From: Pseudomonadota bacterium
Lineage (GTDB): Bacteria > Pseudomonadota > Gammaproteobacteria > Burkholderiales > Methylophilaceae
NCBI GenBank assembly: GCA_040390265.1
Contig: JAZJYS010000003.1
Coordinates: 6,129-70,128, forward strand
Reading direction: 5' to 3'
Length of the DNA: 64,000 nt
This document shows, one piece after another, positions 11,609-21,330 of the stretch. The position numbers and the translations under genes are program-made. Numbering within the stretch: position 1 is the first letter of the stretch; every line of letters begins with the position of its first letter. The notes beneath the pieces are model-generated. The model was not told the origin of the DNA. It was given only the letters and a program-made list of their open reading frames with translations, and did not search any database.

Positions 11609-13390
11609 ATGCTGCGCATTACAATTATTGCCTGCCTACTAAGCATTTCGAACGCAGCATTCGCGCTTAATACCATTACGATTAAAGCGGACACGATTGA
11701 AAATGAGGCCGTTGCACTGCGCAATGCTTCAATAGTGCTGGATTTACACGCCAATTCCACCATCACGTTAACCGCTGAAATGAAGCCGCCAGCAGATAAA
11801 AGCTGGATGCAGGCTAAATTGAGTTGCGATGTACCAAGTAACCTGAGGCTAGGCACTTGGATTTGTGCTCACGGGCAAGTGCAGGCGGAACGCATAAAAC
11901 TACCATTTAGCTTAAAGGTATCGCCCCAAGCCAATGGCTTGACTGCTGATTTGAATGTGCAAGAGGCCAGTTTTAGTGATGAGGTCGGTTTGCATGCGGC
12001 AGAAAAACTATCAGGTAATTTGCAGCTAAATGTCATCAAAGAGGGCAATGGCTGGCGTTGGCAGAATGTGCTGAACTGGACCAGCGGTGAAATGTTCTGG
12101 CAGCCATTTTATGTTGCAAATGGCGGACATCAATTTATTGCCTCGGGTGTTTTGGCGGATGGCATCATCACTTTTGATCGTGCGAATCTCAATATTAAAG
12201 ATGTAGGACAGTTCAACTTTGATGGGCAAATGCGACTGAAAGATTACTACCTGATGCAGCTTAACGCTGATTTGCCAAATCTGGAGTTATCTGCGGCATA
12301 TCCTTTAATTTTCAAACCCTTGCTAGAGAAAACAGCATTTAATAATGCTGATGTTGCAGGTAAAGCCGCATTGAAAGTCACAGTGCGTGATGCTGAGCTA
12401 AAGACGTTCGATTTACATCTAAAAGATGTTGATGTCAGCGATAAAAACAACAAGTTTTCTTTTTACAAAATCAATGCGGATATCCCTTGGAGCTACGATG
12501 ATGTCAGGCAGGTGAGTCTTGCTTATATGAATGGTCGCCTGCTTAATCTGCCGTTAGGTAAGACCAATATTAGTGCAGCAGTGAATCGCTATTCACTGAC
12601 TTCTCCTAATATCACGCTACCTATTTTAGATGGTACTTTGCAGTTATCTGACGTTTCGGCCGCACGTGTCGCTGGAAATTGGCACTGGCATCTGGGGGCA
12701 AAATTGACACCTATTTCCATGCCGGATTTTAGCTTGGCTTTAAAGTTACCGCGTATGGAAGGAAAGGCTTCAGCTGAAATTCCACAGGTGACTTATACGC
12801 ATGGAGTGCTAACTACGGATGGTGAAATGGCTTTTAACGTATTTTCAGGTAAGGCAATAGTTAGCAAGTTAGTGATGCAGGATACGTTAGGAAATGTGCC
12901 GAAGCTCAATATGGATATGAATTTTCGCTATCTGGATTTGGGCGATTTAACCCGTACCTTTAGCTTTGGTGCCATAGAAGGCAAGCTGGATGGCGATGTA
13001 GGTAATTTGCAAATGCAGAATTGGAAGCCCGTAAATTTTGATGCAAAAATTGAAAGCAGTCCTGGTAAGTATTCTAAAAAAATATCACAGCGTGCGGTGG
13101 AAAATATTTCTGCTTTAGGTGGTGCGGGTGCTGCCGCGGCAGTACAACGCAGTTTCTTACGTTTTTTTAAACAATTTAATTATGAAAAAATTGGCTTGAG
13201 TTGCAAGCTACGTAATGATGTTTGCCAAATGAGTGGTGTAGAGTCAACGGCTAGTGGCTATGTAATTGTTAAGGGTAGCGGGATACCTGCAATTACAGTG
13301 TTGGGGTACAATCAAACCGTTAGCTGGAGCGACTTGCTGAGCCGCATTAAGCGGGTGATCGACGGTAATACTAAGGCTGTAATTCAGTAA
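11609..13390 (+). CDS. YdbH-like (AsmA-like/DctA-YdbH) periplasmic beta-taco protein
   Basis: N-terminal signal, long beta-rich body and conserved C-terminus (ISQRAVENISALGG...FLRFF...GYN..V.W). Followed by ynbE-like and ydbL-like genes. Confidence 0.7.
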   Translation: MLRITIIACLLSISNAAFALNTITIKADTIENEAVALRNASIVLDLHANSTITLTAEMKPPADKSWMQAKLSCDVPSNLRLGTWICAHGQVQAERIKLPFSLKVSPQANGLTADLNVQEASFSDEVGLHAAEKLSGNLQLNVIKEGNGWRWQNVLNWTSGEMFWQPFYVANGGHQFIASGVLADGIITFDRANLNIKDVGQFNFDGQMRLKDYYLMQLNADLPNLELSAAYPLIFKPLLEKTAFNNADVAGKAALKVTVRDAELKTFDLHLKDVDVSDKNNKFSFYKINADIPWSYDDVRQVSLAYMNGRLLNLPLGKTNISAAVNRYSLTSPNITLPILDGTLQLSDVSAARVAGNWHWHLGAKLTPISMPDFSLALKLPRMEGKASAEIPQVTYTHGVLTTDGEMAFNVFSGKAIVSKLVMQDTLGNVPKLNMDMNFRYLDLGDLTRTFSFGAIEGKLDGDVGNLQMQNWKPVNFDAKIESSPGKYSKKISQRAVENISALGGAGAAAAVQRSFLRFFKQFNYEKIGLSCKLRNDVCQMSGVESTASGYVIVKGSGIPAITVLGYNQTVSWSDLLSRIKRVIDGNTKAVIQ

Positions 13391-13438
13391 CTATTAGCCT
13401 ATAAGCAGTTCTGATCTCTAGAATATAGAAAAGGATTT

Positions 13439-13615
13439 ATGATGAAAAATTGGATAGTCGGCTTGGCATTTGCGTGCGTATTACCCGCTTGTGTCACCAT
13501 TAATATTTACTTTCCGGCTGCAGCCGCTGAAAAAGCCGCAGATAAAATTATTGATGAAGTTTGGCAACTAAAACAGGGGCAGGATGGCGGGACGTCGAAG
13601 CCTGCTGCGCAATAA
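13439..13615 (+). CDS. YnbE-like small lipoprotein (58 aa; absent from ORF track)
   Basis: MMKNWIVGLAFACVLPACVTINIYFPAAAAEKAADKIIDEVWQLKQGQDGGTSKPAAQ*. It has an AAGGA SD, lipobox LPAC and a TINIYFP motif, and lies between ydbH-like and ydbL-like genes. Confidence 0.85.
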   Translation: MMKNWIVGLAFACVLPACVTINIYFPAAAAEKAADKIIDEVWQLKQGQDGGTSKPAAQ

Positions 13616-13678
13616 AAGCCTGATCGGCAATAAGTAGTTACAGCTTAATCAGTCAGCTAATTTAAAAGGATGCGCAAA

Positions 13679-14098
13679 ATGAAAAAATTATTGTTAGGTT
13701 TTTTGGTGCTGGTTGCAAGTATGTTTGCGGCCAGTTGGGTAGTTGCAGCGGCAGACTTGGAGGTAAATACTCCCGCTATTTCTAGCATTAAAGCCAGCAT
13801 GCAAGCACGACATAATCAGCTTGGCGCATATTATGCGAGTGGCGCAATTGGGTTGACCAAAGATGCATTGATTGCAGTGAAAGATGCGAATGCTGTTCCG
13901 CTTGCACAGCGTGGCGCTTTAACCAATCTGGTGAAAGAAGAAAATGCCGATCGCGCTAATTTATATAAAGAAATAGCTGCTGCAAACGGTCATCCAGAAT
14001 GGCAAGCCGATATTCAAGCAACGTTTGCGAGCCGCTGGATTGATAAGGCGCAGAGTGGTTGGTGGGTTCAAGGTGCCGGCGGCTGGGTTAAGAAGTAA
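13679..14098 (+). CDS. YdbL-family (DUF1318) periplasmic protein
   Basis: Signal peptide, ENADRANLYKEIA, FASRWI and GWWVQ...GWVKK. ATG at 13679 follows AAGGA. Confidence 0.85.
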   Translation: MKKLLLGFLVLVASMFAASWVVAAADLEVNTPAISSIKASMQARHNQLGAYYASGAIGLTKDALIAVKDANAVPLAQRGALTNLVKEENADRANLYKEIAAANGHPEWQADIQATFASRWIDKAQSGWWVQGAGGWVKK

Positions 14099-14131
14099 TT
14101 TTTCAAGCAATAACTTTTATAGTATTTATAT

Positions 14132-14905
14132 ATGACGCCGACTTTAGTCTTTGATATCGAAACCATCCCTGATACAGATGGTATTCGCAAGCTGTTAGAT
14201 CTGCCTGCTGATACCTCGGCAGAGGATGTTGCGAATATTGCCTTGCATCAACGCCGCCAGCAAAACGGTGGTGAGTTTTTACCTTTGCATCAGCATCGTA
14301 TTTGCGCCATTTCATGCGCCTTGCGTGAGGGTGATAATTTCAAGGTATGGACATTAGGTGATGCCAACTCATCTGAAGCGGAACTCATCCAGCACTTTTT
14401 TGATGGTATTGATAAATACACGCCACAGATTATTTCTTGGAACGGTGGCGGCTTCGATTTGCCCGTGCTGCATTATCGTGGCTTGATACATGGCATTGAC
14501 GCTGCTCGCTACTGGGATCTCGGCGAAGATGACAAAGACTTTAAATGGAATAACTATATCAGCCGCTATCACACTCGGCATTTAGATTTGATGGATATCA
14601 TGGCGATGTTTAATGCACGTGCCAATGCGCCATTAGATGACTTGGCCAAGCTGTGCGGTTTTCCAGGTAAGTTGGGGATGGATGGCAGCAATGTGTGGGA
14701 TGCCTATAAAACAGGTCAGATTGAAGAGATTCGCAATTACTGCGAGACGGATGTGGCAAACACACATTTGGTCTATTTACGCTTTCAGTTAATGCGTGGT
14801 CGCTTAACCCAAGCGGCTTACGAGCAAGAAATTGCTTTGGTCAGAGACACGTTAACTGGCTACCAAGCCGCGCACTGGCAAGAGTTTTTGGCGGCATGGC
14901 GGTAG
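14132..14905 (+). CDS. PolB-related 3'-5' exonuclease (DnaQ-like superfamily)
   Basis: FDIET (ExoI), SWNGGGFDLP (ExoII), HLDLMD and YCETD (ExoIII). Confidence 0.88.
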   Translation: MTPTLVFDIETIPDTDGIRKLLDLPADTSAEDVANIALHQRRQQNGGEFLPLHQHRICAISCALREGDNFKVWTLGDANSSEAELIQHFFDGIDKYTPQIISWNGGGFDLPVLHYRGLIHGIDAARYWDLGEDDKDFKWNNYISRYHTRHLDLMDIMAMFNARANAPLDDLAKLCGFPGKLGMDGSNVWDAYKTGQIEEIRNYCETDVANTHLVYLRFQLMRGRLTQAAYEQEIALVRDTLTGYQAAHWQEFLAAWR

Positions 14906-14906
14906 T

Positions 14907-15347
14907 TTATAGTGGAGATTCTTCTACTAAATCATCTTTCCAATTAAGAATAATTTTTTGCGTAGTATGGTCTTCAATTGAAAACTTGTGGCGTAATTTT
15001 GCGCCATTATGATTGGCTAGAACGGTATAGATTCCAGCCGGTAAATTGATATACAGTACTGGTTTCGCACCTTTAAGTTTAAAAACCTGCTCGTTTTGTT
15101 CGTTGTAAATATCTATATTCAGGCCAGTCACTGCAGTGCCTTCTTCACCTTCAGAAAATAAAAGGTTAAGCGTATATTTTTTCGCAAAAGGTCGCATTTC
15201 TAGCACTTCATCATGACCGATGCCGCCGGACATAAAGCGAATTCTGTTGTGAGAATATAGCATTTGTGGTGCAGCAAGCGCTGGTGTAATAAAGCTTGCA
15301 AGTAGCAAAATAAAAATGGATTTTGTAATTGAGCTGATATTTATCAT
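14907..15347 (-). CDS. Exported hypothetical protein (carboxypeptidase-regulatory-like beta domain)
   Basis: Signal peptide (PALA), SGGIG motif and LPAGIYTV. Confidence 0.7.
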   Translation of the reverse strand: MINISSITKSIFILLLASFITPALAAPQMLYSHNRIRFMSGGIGHDEVLEMRPFAKKYTLNLLFSEGEEGTAVTGLNIDIYNEQNEQVFKLKGAKPVLYINLPAGIYTVLANHNGAKLRHKFSIEDHTTQKIILNWKDDLVEESPL

Positions 15348-15433
15348 GATGGTGTCGCTTTATTATTAATGCTTATATTTTAAGTAAGTAGAGTGTAACA
15401 AAATATGTAGGTTTCCTCTAATGCGTGCTCTAC

Positions 15434-15447
15434 GGTAAAATAGCGAC
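15434..15447 (+). promoter_or_regulatory. Putative sigma70 -10 (TAAAAT) and discriminator directly before the rlmD ATG
   Basis: GGTAAAATAGCGAC-ATG; no SD sequence. The same core occurs upstream of dapD and purB. Confidence 0.5.
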
Positions 15448-16821
15448 ATGAGAAAAAGACGCAATAAGTCCGCCCGTGACCTTACCCCAGCCCCTATTTT
15501 AACTGCTGTTATCGAATCCCTAGACCAGGAAGGTCGTGGGGTCGCGCATGTTGAAGGTAAAACCATTTTTATTGATGGCGCTTTGCCCAATGAAAAGGTG
15601 ACGTTTCAATCGCATCGCATTAAGCCAAGCTATGAAGTGGCTAATGTGGTTGAAGTGTTAAAACAATCTAACCAAAGAGTTACGCCGAAATGCCCACACT
15701 TTGGTCTGTGTGGAGGCTGTAAGCTTCAACATTTGGATTTTGCAGCGCAAGTCTCAGCAAAGCAGCGTTTGCTTGAAAATGATTTGTGGCACATTGGTCA
15801 GGTGCGCCCCGTCAATATGTTGCCACCGTTATATGGCCCTACGTGGGGCTATCGTCATAAAGCGCGTTTGAGCGTGAAGTATGTAGAAAAAAAACAACGC
15901 GTGCTGGTCGGCTTTAATGAGAAAGCAACGCGTTATGTTGCTGATATGAATAGTTGCGAAGTGCTTGTGCCAGAGGTTTCGGCACTCATCGAGCCATTAC
16001 AGCAGATGATTTTGTTGTTAAGTATTAAAGATAAGTTGCCGCAAATAGAACTGGCTGTTGGTGAGGCTGATGTCTCGGCGCAAGATAAGCCTGTTATCGT
16101 GCTCATTTTACGCATTATGGATGTGTTAACTGCGCAAGATGAATCTCTGTTGAAATCATTTGCTGACAATCACTATGTGCAGATTTGGACGCAAACTAAA
16201 GGTCCGGATACGATTAAGCCTTTTTATCCGGTTGATGGCTCACAATTGCAATACAGTCTGCCAGAGTTTGATTTGACGTATCCATTTAAACCAAATGAGT
16301 TCACGCAAGTAAATCCGCAAATCAATCAAGTGATGATTCGTCGTGCCATGCAGTTACTTAAACCGCAGGCCAATGAACGTATTGCTGATTTCTTTTGCGG
16401 CATCGGTAACTTTACGCTGCCAATTGCGCGTAGCGGTGCGCAGGTGCTTGGTTTAGAGGGCTTGGCTAATCTGGTCGAGCGAGCCAAAGAAAGTGCGCAG
16501 CTTAACCAGATTCATCATACAGAGTTCGGTGTGGCAGATTTGTTTAAAATGACGCCTGAGTCGCTTACAAGTCTAGGGCGTTTTGATAAGTGGCTTGTTG
16601 ATCCTCCGCGTGATGGTGCTTTTGAGCTAATTAAGTCATTGGATGCTAGTAATAGCCCGCAACGCATTGTCTATGTGTCTTGTAACCCGGCCACTTTGGC
16701 ACGGGATGCAGGTGTGCTAGTGAATGAAAAAGGCTACACATTAAGTGCTGCAGGAGTCATTAATATGTTTCCACATACTGCGCATGTTGAATCGATTGCA
16801 TTGTTTGAATTGAATCATTAA
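15448..16821 (+). CDS. rlmD: 23S rRNA m5U1939 methyltransferase
   Basis: TRAM domain, [10 protein letters not shown] Fe-S motif, [27 protein letters not shown] and MFPHTAHVE. Confidence 0.95.
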   Translation: MRKRRNKSARDLTPAPILTAVIESLDQEGRGVAHVEGKTIFIDGALPNEKVTFQSHRIKPSYEVANVVEVLKQSNQRVTPKCPHFGLCGGCKLQHLDFAAQVSAKQRLLENDLWHIGQVRPVNMLPPLYGPTWGYRHKARLSVKYVEKKQRVLVGFNEKATRYVADMNSCEVLVPEVSALIEPLQQMILLLSIKDKLPQIELAVGEADVSAQDKPVIVLILRIMDVLTAQDESLLKSFADNHYVQIWTQTKGPDTIKPFYPVDGSQLQYSLPEFDLTYPFKPNEFTQVNPQINQVMIRRAMQLLKPQANERIADFFCGIGNFTLPIARSGAQVLGLEGLANLVERAKESAQLNQIHHTEFGVADLFKMTPESLTSLGRFDKWLVDPPRDGAFELIKSLDASNSPQRIVYVSCNPATLARDAGVLVNEKGYTLSAAGVINMFPHTAHVESIALFELNH

Positions 16822-16932
16822 GCCTATCTATAGGGCGATTGAGGCATTTCGTATATTTCAAAAATGCTTAAATTGAAAGTAGATGTGGTTGTGTTGTATA
16901 TAAACAACAGTTGTCGTTTTTGTGCGCCTTGT

Positions 16933-16946
16933 TTGATGCATATCAA
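16933..16946 (+). promoter_or_regulatory. FNR box of the ompW promoter
   Basis: TTGAT-GCAT-ATCAA is a perfect consensus. TATAAT at 16970-16975 places the box near -42 (class II geometry). Confidence 0.88.
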
Positions 16947-17018
16947 TTCGCCTCCTTAATATAAGCTCGTATAATTCCCCTACAGAATTTAGTTGTTTAT
17001 TTAATGGAGAGTCTGAAA

Positions 17019-17693
17019 ATGAAAAAAACGTTATTGGCTTTGGCACTAGCTGCCGCAATTGCACCATCTTTCGCTATGGCAGAGGCTGGTGACTGGGTAG
17101 TGCGTGCACGTATTGTAGATGTTGCGCCAAGTGAGAGTAGTGAGTTAGGTAAAGATCCTGCTGGTGTTGGTTTTAACTCAAGTGCTGCGTTAACTGTAGA
17201 TAATAATGTGATTCCTGAGTTGGATATTTCTTACTACTTTACTAAAAATATCGCAGCTGAATTAATTTTGGCATTAGGTACACGCCATGATGTGGCTATT
17301 ACTGGTAACGCAGGTGGTGCTTTAGGTAACATTGGCTTGGGTTCAGTGAACTTGTTACCCCCAACATTAACGGCTCAATGGCACTTTATGCCAGATCAAA
17401 CATTTGATCCTTATGTTGGTGCTGGTGTTAATTACACGCGTAGCTTTGACCGTAGCTTGAATGCTCTTGGTGTTGTTCCAATCAGAATTGATCGCAGCAT
17501 GTTTGGTTTTGTTGCACAAGCTGGTGTAGATGTTAACTTGAAAGATGGTTGGTTAATCAATGCTGACGTTAAGTACGTTACTATGAACACCGATGTTAAG
17601 GCTCAACTTCCTGGTGGCACAGCTTGGACAAAGATTGATGACTTGGACATTAACCCATGGGTATTCGGTGTTGGTATCGGTAAAAAGTTCTAA
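17019..17693 (+). CDS. ompW: OmpW-family outer membrane protein
   Basis: Signal peptide, GDWVVRAR, PELDISYYFT, LLPPTLTAQWHF, PYVGAG, INPWVFG and terminal Phe. ATG at 17019 follows GGAG. Confidence 0.92.
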   Translation: MKKTLLALALAAAIAPSFAMAEAGDWVVRARIVDVAPSESSELGKDPAGVGFNSSAALTVDNNVIPELDISYYFTKNIAAELILALGTRHDVAITGNAGGALGNIGLGSVNLLPPTLTAQWHFMPDQTFDPYVGAGVNYTRSFDRSLNALGVVPIRIDRSMFGFVAQAGVDVNLKDGWLINADVKYVTMNTDVKAQLPGGTAWTKIDDLDINPWVFGVGIGKKF

Positions 17694-17733
17694 TTTACCA
17701 AATATAGCTGCTAAGAAAGTTTAGCGCTACTTC

Positions 17734-17765
17734 AGCCCCTATCTTAATTGATGGGGGCTTTTTTT
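17734..17765 (+). terminator. Intrinsic terminator of ompW
   Basis: AGCCCCTATC-TTAATT-GATGGGGGCT followed by a T-tract. Confidence 0.85.
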
Positions 17766-17806
17766 ATGAGTGTAATCGGAGTGGATTTACTCTTTGATTG
17801 CATGTT

Positions 17807-17840
17807 AAAACGCCCCTACTATGCAAATAGTAAGGGCGTT
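17807..17840 (-). terminator. Probable intrinsic terminator of hemN
   Basis: AACGCCC-CTACTAT-GCAA-ATAGTAA-GGGCGTT hairpin with a short T-run on the minus strand. Confidence 0.65.
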
Positions 17841-17864
17841 ATTTATGGAAGAAAAGTGTAGTTC

Positions 17865-19289
17865 TTAAATGATTTTAGAGAATTTAGCGCGTGTTTTATC
17901 TGTTTGTAAGTAACGGTCAAATTGCATGGCAACTGCACGTACAAAGAACCAGCCCATATCTGTTACTTGCAGGCCATTTTCATCGAGCGTTACCATGCCT
18001 GTTTTTTCTAGCCCCTTCAGTGCTTCCAGTTCGGCGGCAAAGTAACTCTTAAATTCAATCATATAAGCAAGTTCAATGGATTCGTACTGCAGTTCACCCT
18101 GACACATAATAGCCATAATCACAGCGCGGCGAACTAAGTCATCACGAGATAATGCTAGGCCGCGTACGACAGGGAAGTGGCCTAGGTTGAGATGATCGTA
18201 ATACTCTTCTAGCGTTTTAGCATTTTGGCTGTAGGTGGCGCCTACGCGACCAATGGCTGATACACCTAGCGCGATTAAGTCACAATCCGGTTGTGTGCTG
18301 TAGCCTTGAAAATTGCGATGTAATCTGCCTTGGCGCTTAGCAATAGCGAGGTCATCTTCTGGTAGAGCAAAATGATCCATTCCTACATATACATAACCTG
18401 CATCTAAGAATGCAGATATTGCATCTGACAGCATTGATATTTTTGCTTGCGCTGCTGGTAATTCGTAAGCATCTATACGGCGTTGTGGTTTGAAGCGCTC
18501 GGGCAAGTGTGCATAAGCATACAGCGCGATTCTGTCAGGTCTGAGTTCTACTATTTGCTTTAACGTGCGAGTAAATGACTCAGGCGTTTGTTTGGGTAGG
18601 CCGTAGATTAAGTCTGCATTGATTGAGTCAAATTGTAGTCGACGAGCCGCCTCGACTAGTGAGAACACTTGTTTGGCAGGTTGGATGCGATGTACAGCTT
18701 TTTGTACTTCCGGATCAAAGTCCTGTACACCAAAGCTTAAACGATTGAAACCAAGTGAGGCTAAGTGTGCAAGGCGTTGCTCATTTACGGTGCGCGGGTC
18801 GACTTCAATTGAGTATTCGCCATCGGGATCAAGCACAAAGCTGCGCTTGATCATATTCATTAGTTCAGATAGTTCATCGTCTGAGAAGAATGTAGGTGAG
18901 CCACCACCTAAATGCAATTGAGATATCGTTTGCCCGGCACCTAAATGTGCGACATGCAAGTCAATTTCTTTGCTAAGGTAGGTTAGATACTCAGCACTAC
19001 GTTCGTGATGTTTGGTGACAATTTTGTTGCACGCGCAAAAGAAGCATAGTGATTCGCAAAATGGAATGTGCACATAAATAGATAATGGTAGTGCCATGCC
19101 ACCTACGCGTCGCTGTTCCAAGGCTTGTTTGTAAGCGTTCTCTGTAAATGCTTCAACAAAACGATCTGCAGTTGGATAAGAGGTATAACGAGGTCCTGAA
19201 ACATCATATTTCTCTAACAATTCAGGCGTCATAATCGGTGTTGCATCTGTTGAATTTGTTTTAGAAATTGTATCGCTGTTGTTAGCCAT
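17865..19289 (-). CDS. hemN: Oxygen-independent coproporphyrinogen III oxidase
   Basis: GPRYTSYPT, YVHIPFCESLCFFCAC, GGGSP, SFGVQD and LHRNFQGY. Confidence 0.96.
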   Translation of the reverse strand: MANNSDTISKTNSTDATPIMTPELLEKYDVSGPRYTSYPTADRFVEAFTENAYKQALEQRRVGGMALPLSIYVHIPFCESLCFFCACNKIVTKHHERSAEYLTYLSKEIDLHVAHLGAGQTISQLHLGGGSPTFFSDDELSELMNMIKRSFVLDPDGEYSIEVDPRTVNEQRLAHLASLGFNRLSFGVQDFDPEVQKAVHRIQPAKQVFSLVEAARRLQFDSINADLIYGLPKQTPESFTRTLKQIVELRPDRIALYAYAHLPERFKPQRRIDAYELPAAQAKISMLSDAISAFLDAGYVYVGMDHFALPEDDLAIAKRQGRLHRNFQGYSTQPDCDLIALGVSAIGRVGATYSQNAKTLEEYYDHLNLGHFPVVRGLALSRDDLVRRAVIMAIMCQGELQYESIELAYMIEFKSYFAAELEALKGLEKTGMVTLDENGLQVTDMGWFFVRAVAMQFDRYLQTDKTRAKFSKII

Positions 19290-19344
19290 CGTTCTACTCC
19301 TAGTATTAGGTCGAGAACTCTATCATTGATTAAACTAAAAATCT

Positions 19345-19358
19345 TTGATAAATATCAA
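19345..19358 (-). promoter_or_regulatory. FNR box between divergent hemN and fnr
   Basis: TTGAT-AAAT-ATCAA is a perfect consensus. An extended -10 (TGaTAGAGT, minus strand, 19317-19325) gives class II spacing for hemN. Confidence 0.88.
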
Positions 19359-19503
19359 GTGTAGGTCGAGTAAAATTAGCATTAGTGATTAGTAAAGCTG
19401 ATTTCTGAGAAAAATCTATAGTTAATGTCTAGTAACCATCGTGTGAAAGCGGTATGCTCTATACGTAACAACCAAAACTTCAAAAAATTAAATTTATCCA
19501 AAT

Positions 19504-20247
19504 ATGAACCCAGAAGCTATTCAAGAAACCATTGCAGCATCCATTAAAGTGGCTTGTTCGGACTGTAATCTGCGAGAGCTTTGTATGCCAGTTGGATTTA
19601 ATCTTGAGGATATGCAAAAACTGGATGAAGTGGTTGCTACGCGTCGTCGAGTTGGTCAGGGTGAAATGTTGTTTCGTAGTGGAGAAGCATTCACTTCGAT
19701 TTACGCTATTCGTACAGGTTTTTTCAAAACCTGTGTTTCAAGTGAAGATGGTCGTGAGCAAGTGACGGGCTTCCAAATGGCGGGTGAAATTATTGGGTTG
19801 GATGGCATTGTGAGTGATCATCATAGTTGTAATGCTATTGCGCTTGAAGATGCTGAGGTCTGTGTGATGCCATTTTCTAATGTAGAAGAATTGTCACGAG
19901 AGTTTCCTTTATTGCAGCGCCATGTACATAAAGTTATGAGTCGCGAGATTGTGCGTGAAAATAGCGTGATGATGTTGTTAGGTAATATGCGAGCTGAAGA
20001 ACGACTGGCGGCTTTTTTATTAAACTTAGTGCAGCGCTTACATGCGCGTGGGCTTTCACAATCTGAACTCGTGCTTAGAATGTCACGTGAAGAAATCGGT
20101 AGTTATCTTGGCCTGAAACTTGAAACAGTTAGCCGTGCATTTTCAAAGTTTGGCGAAGAGGGCATTATTGAAGTGAAACAGCGCTATGTGAAAATTATTG
20201 AGCCTGAAGCGTTGAAAAAAATATTTAAATCACAATCTTATTACTAG
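19504..20247 (+). CDS. fnr: FNR/Anr oxygen-sensing transcription factor
   Basis: N-terminal CSDCNLRELC Cys cluster, EVC fourth Cys, and HTH SREEIGSYLGLKLETVSR. Confidence 0.95.
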   Translation: MNPEAIQETIAASIKVACSDCNLRELCMPVGFNLEDMQKLDEVVATRRRVGQGEMLFRSGEAFTSIYAIRTGFFKTCVSSEDGREQVTGFQMAGEIIGLDGIVSDHHSCNAIALEDAEVCVMPFSNVEELSREFPLLQRHVHKVMSREIVRENSVMMLLGNMRAEERLAAFLLNLVQRLHARGLSQSELVLRMSREEIGSYLGLKLETVSRAFSKFGEEGIIEVKQRYVKIIEPEALKKIFKSQSYY

Positions 20248-20318
20248 ACGTCCTTATGTGTAGGCTTCCTTAAAGGCTTTCACTAGCAACCTCTCGCTTT
20301 AGTATCTAAAAACTGTGT

Positions 20319-21212
20319 ATGCAGAACACTGCCGGTAATAAACCTTCTATGACATTACAAAACTTCCTCACAGTGGCTGACCATAACCGCGATGTAAGCG
20401 GTATGAAATATATATATCCTGTAGTCTCACGTCGCGCAGGTGGTGTTTCAATTGGCATTAATCTGAATGTTAATAACGCCTGTAATTGGCGTTGTGTTTA
20501 TTGTCAGGTGCCTAATTTAACTCGCGGGACTCCTCCACCGATTGAGCTGGATGTTTTAGAGCAAGAGTTACGTTCATTTCTAACCAATGTGTTGCATGGT
20601 GACTTTATGGAGCGCTATGTAGCTGAGCCTGATAGGCATCTTAAAGATATAGCATTTTCAGGGAATGGTGAGCCCACTAGTGCTAAAGAGTTTCCACAGG
20701 TGGTGCAGTTGGTAGGCAAGGTGTTACGTGAATTTGGATTACTGGATGTTAATCAGCCAGAGCCTATCAAAGTGCGGTTAATCACCAATGGTAGTTTGAT
20801 GGATAAACAACAGACGCTGGACAGTGTGGCTGAGCTAGCTAAATGCAATGGTGAGGTTTGGTTTAAGTTGGATGCTGGTACAAAAGAGGGGATTGCACGT
20901 ATCAATGATGTAAATCTCAATCCAGAAAGTCATATTGAAAGACTTAAACGTTGTGCAGTAGTTTGCCCAACTTTTATCCAAACCTGTATGTTTGGATTTG
21001 ATGGTCAGCCACCGCAAGAAAGTGATATTGTGGCTTATTTGGCGCTTGTCAGCCAAGTGAAGTCCTTAATCCAAGGCGTGCATCTTTACGGATTGGCCCG
21101 ACCTTCGTTGCAAAATGAAGCTGATCGTCTAAGCCGCCTCTCACCAGAGTGGCTTGAAGCTGTGGCGCAGCGCATACGTGAGCTTGGACTTACTGTATAT
21201 GTAAGTCCTTGA
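20319..21212 (+). CDS. Radical SAM protein of unknown function (TYW1-like motifs)
   Basis: YPVVSRRAGGVSIGINL, CNWRCVYC, FSGNGEPT, ITNG and KLDAG. Alternative start at 20349. Confidence 0.85.
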   Translation: MQNTAGNKPSMTLQNFLTVADHNRDVSGMKYIYPVVSRRAGGVSIGINLNVNNACNWRCVYCQVPNLTRGTPPPIELDVLEQELRSFLTNVLHGDFMERYVAEPDRHLKDIAFSGNGEPTSAKEFPQVVQLVGKVLREFGLLDVNQPEPIKVRLITNGSLMDKQQTLDSVAELAKCNGEVWFKLDAGTKEGIARINDVNLNPESHIERLKRCAVVCPTFIQTCMFGFDGQPPQESDIVAYLALVSQVKSLIQGVHLYGLARPSLQNEADRLSRLSPEWLEAVAQRIRELGLTVYVSP

Positions 21213-21262
21213 TTTGTGTTTATCGTTAGTTAAGTACAACTCCAAACTAATCCATTCTAATC

Positions 21263-21285
21263 AAGCCATTTTTGTAAATGGCTTT
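21263..21285 (+). terminator. Possible terminator after the radical SAM gene
   Basis: AAGCCATTT-TTGT-AAATGGCTT hairpin with a short T-run. Confidence 0.5.
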
Positions 21286-21330
21286 CTCCAATTTAAATCA
21301 TAAATAATAAGCAAGAAATGGGTGTCACTC

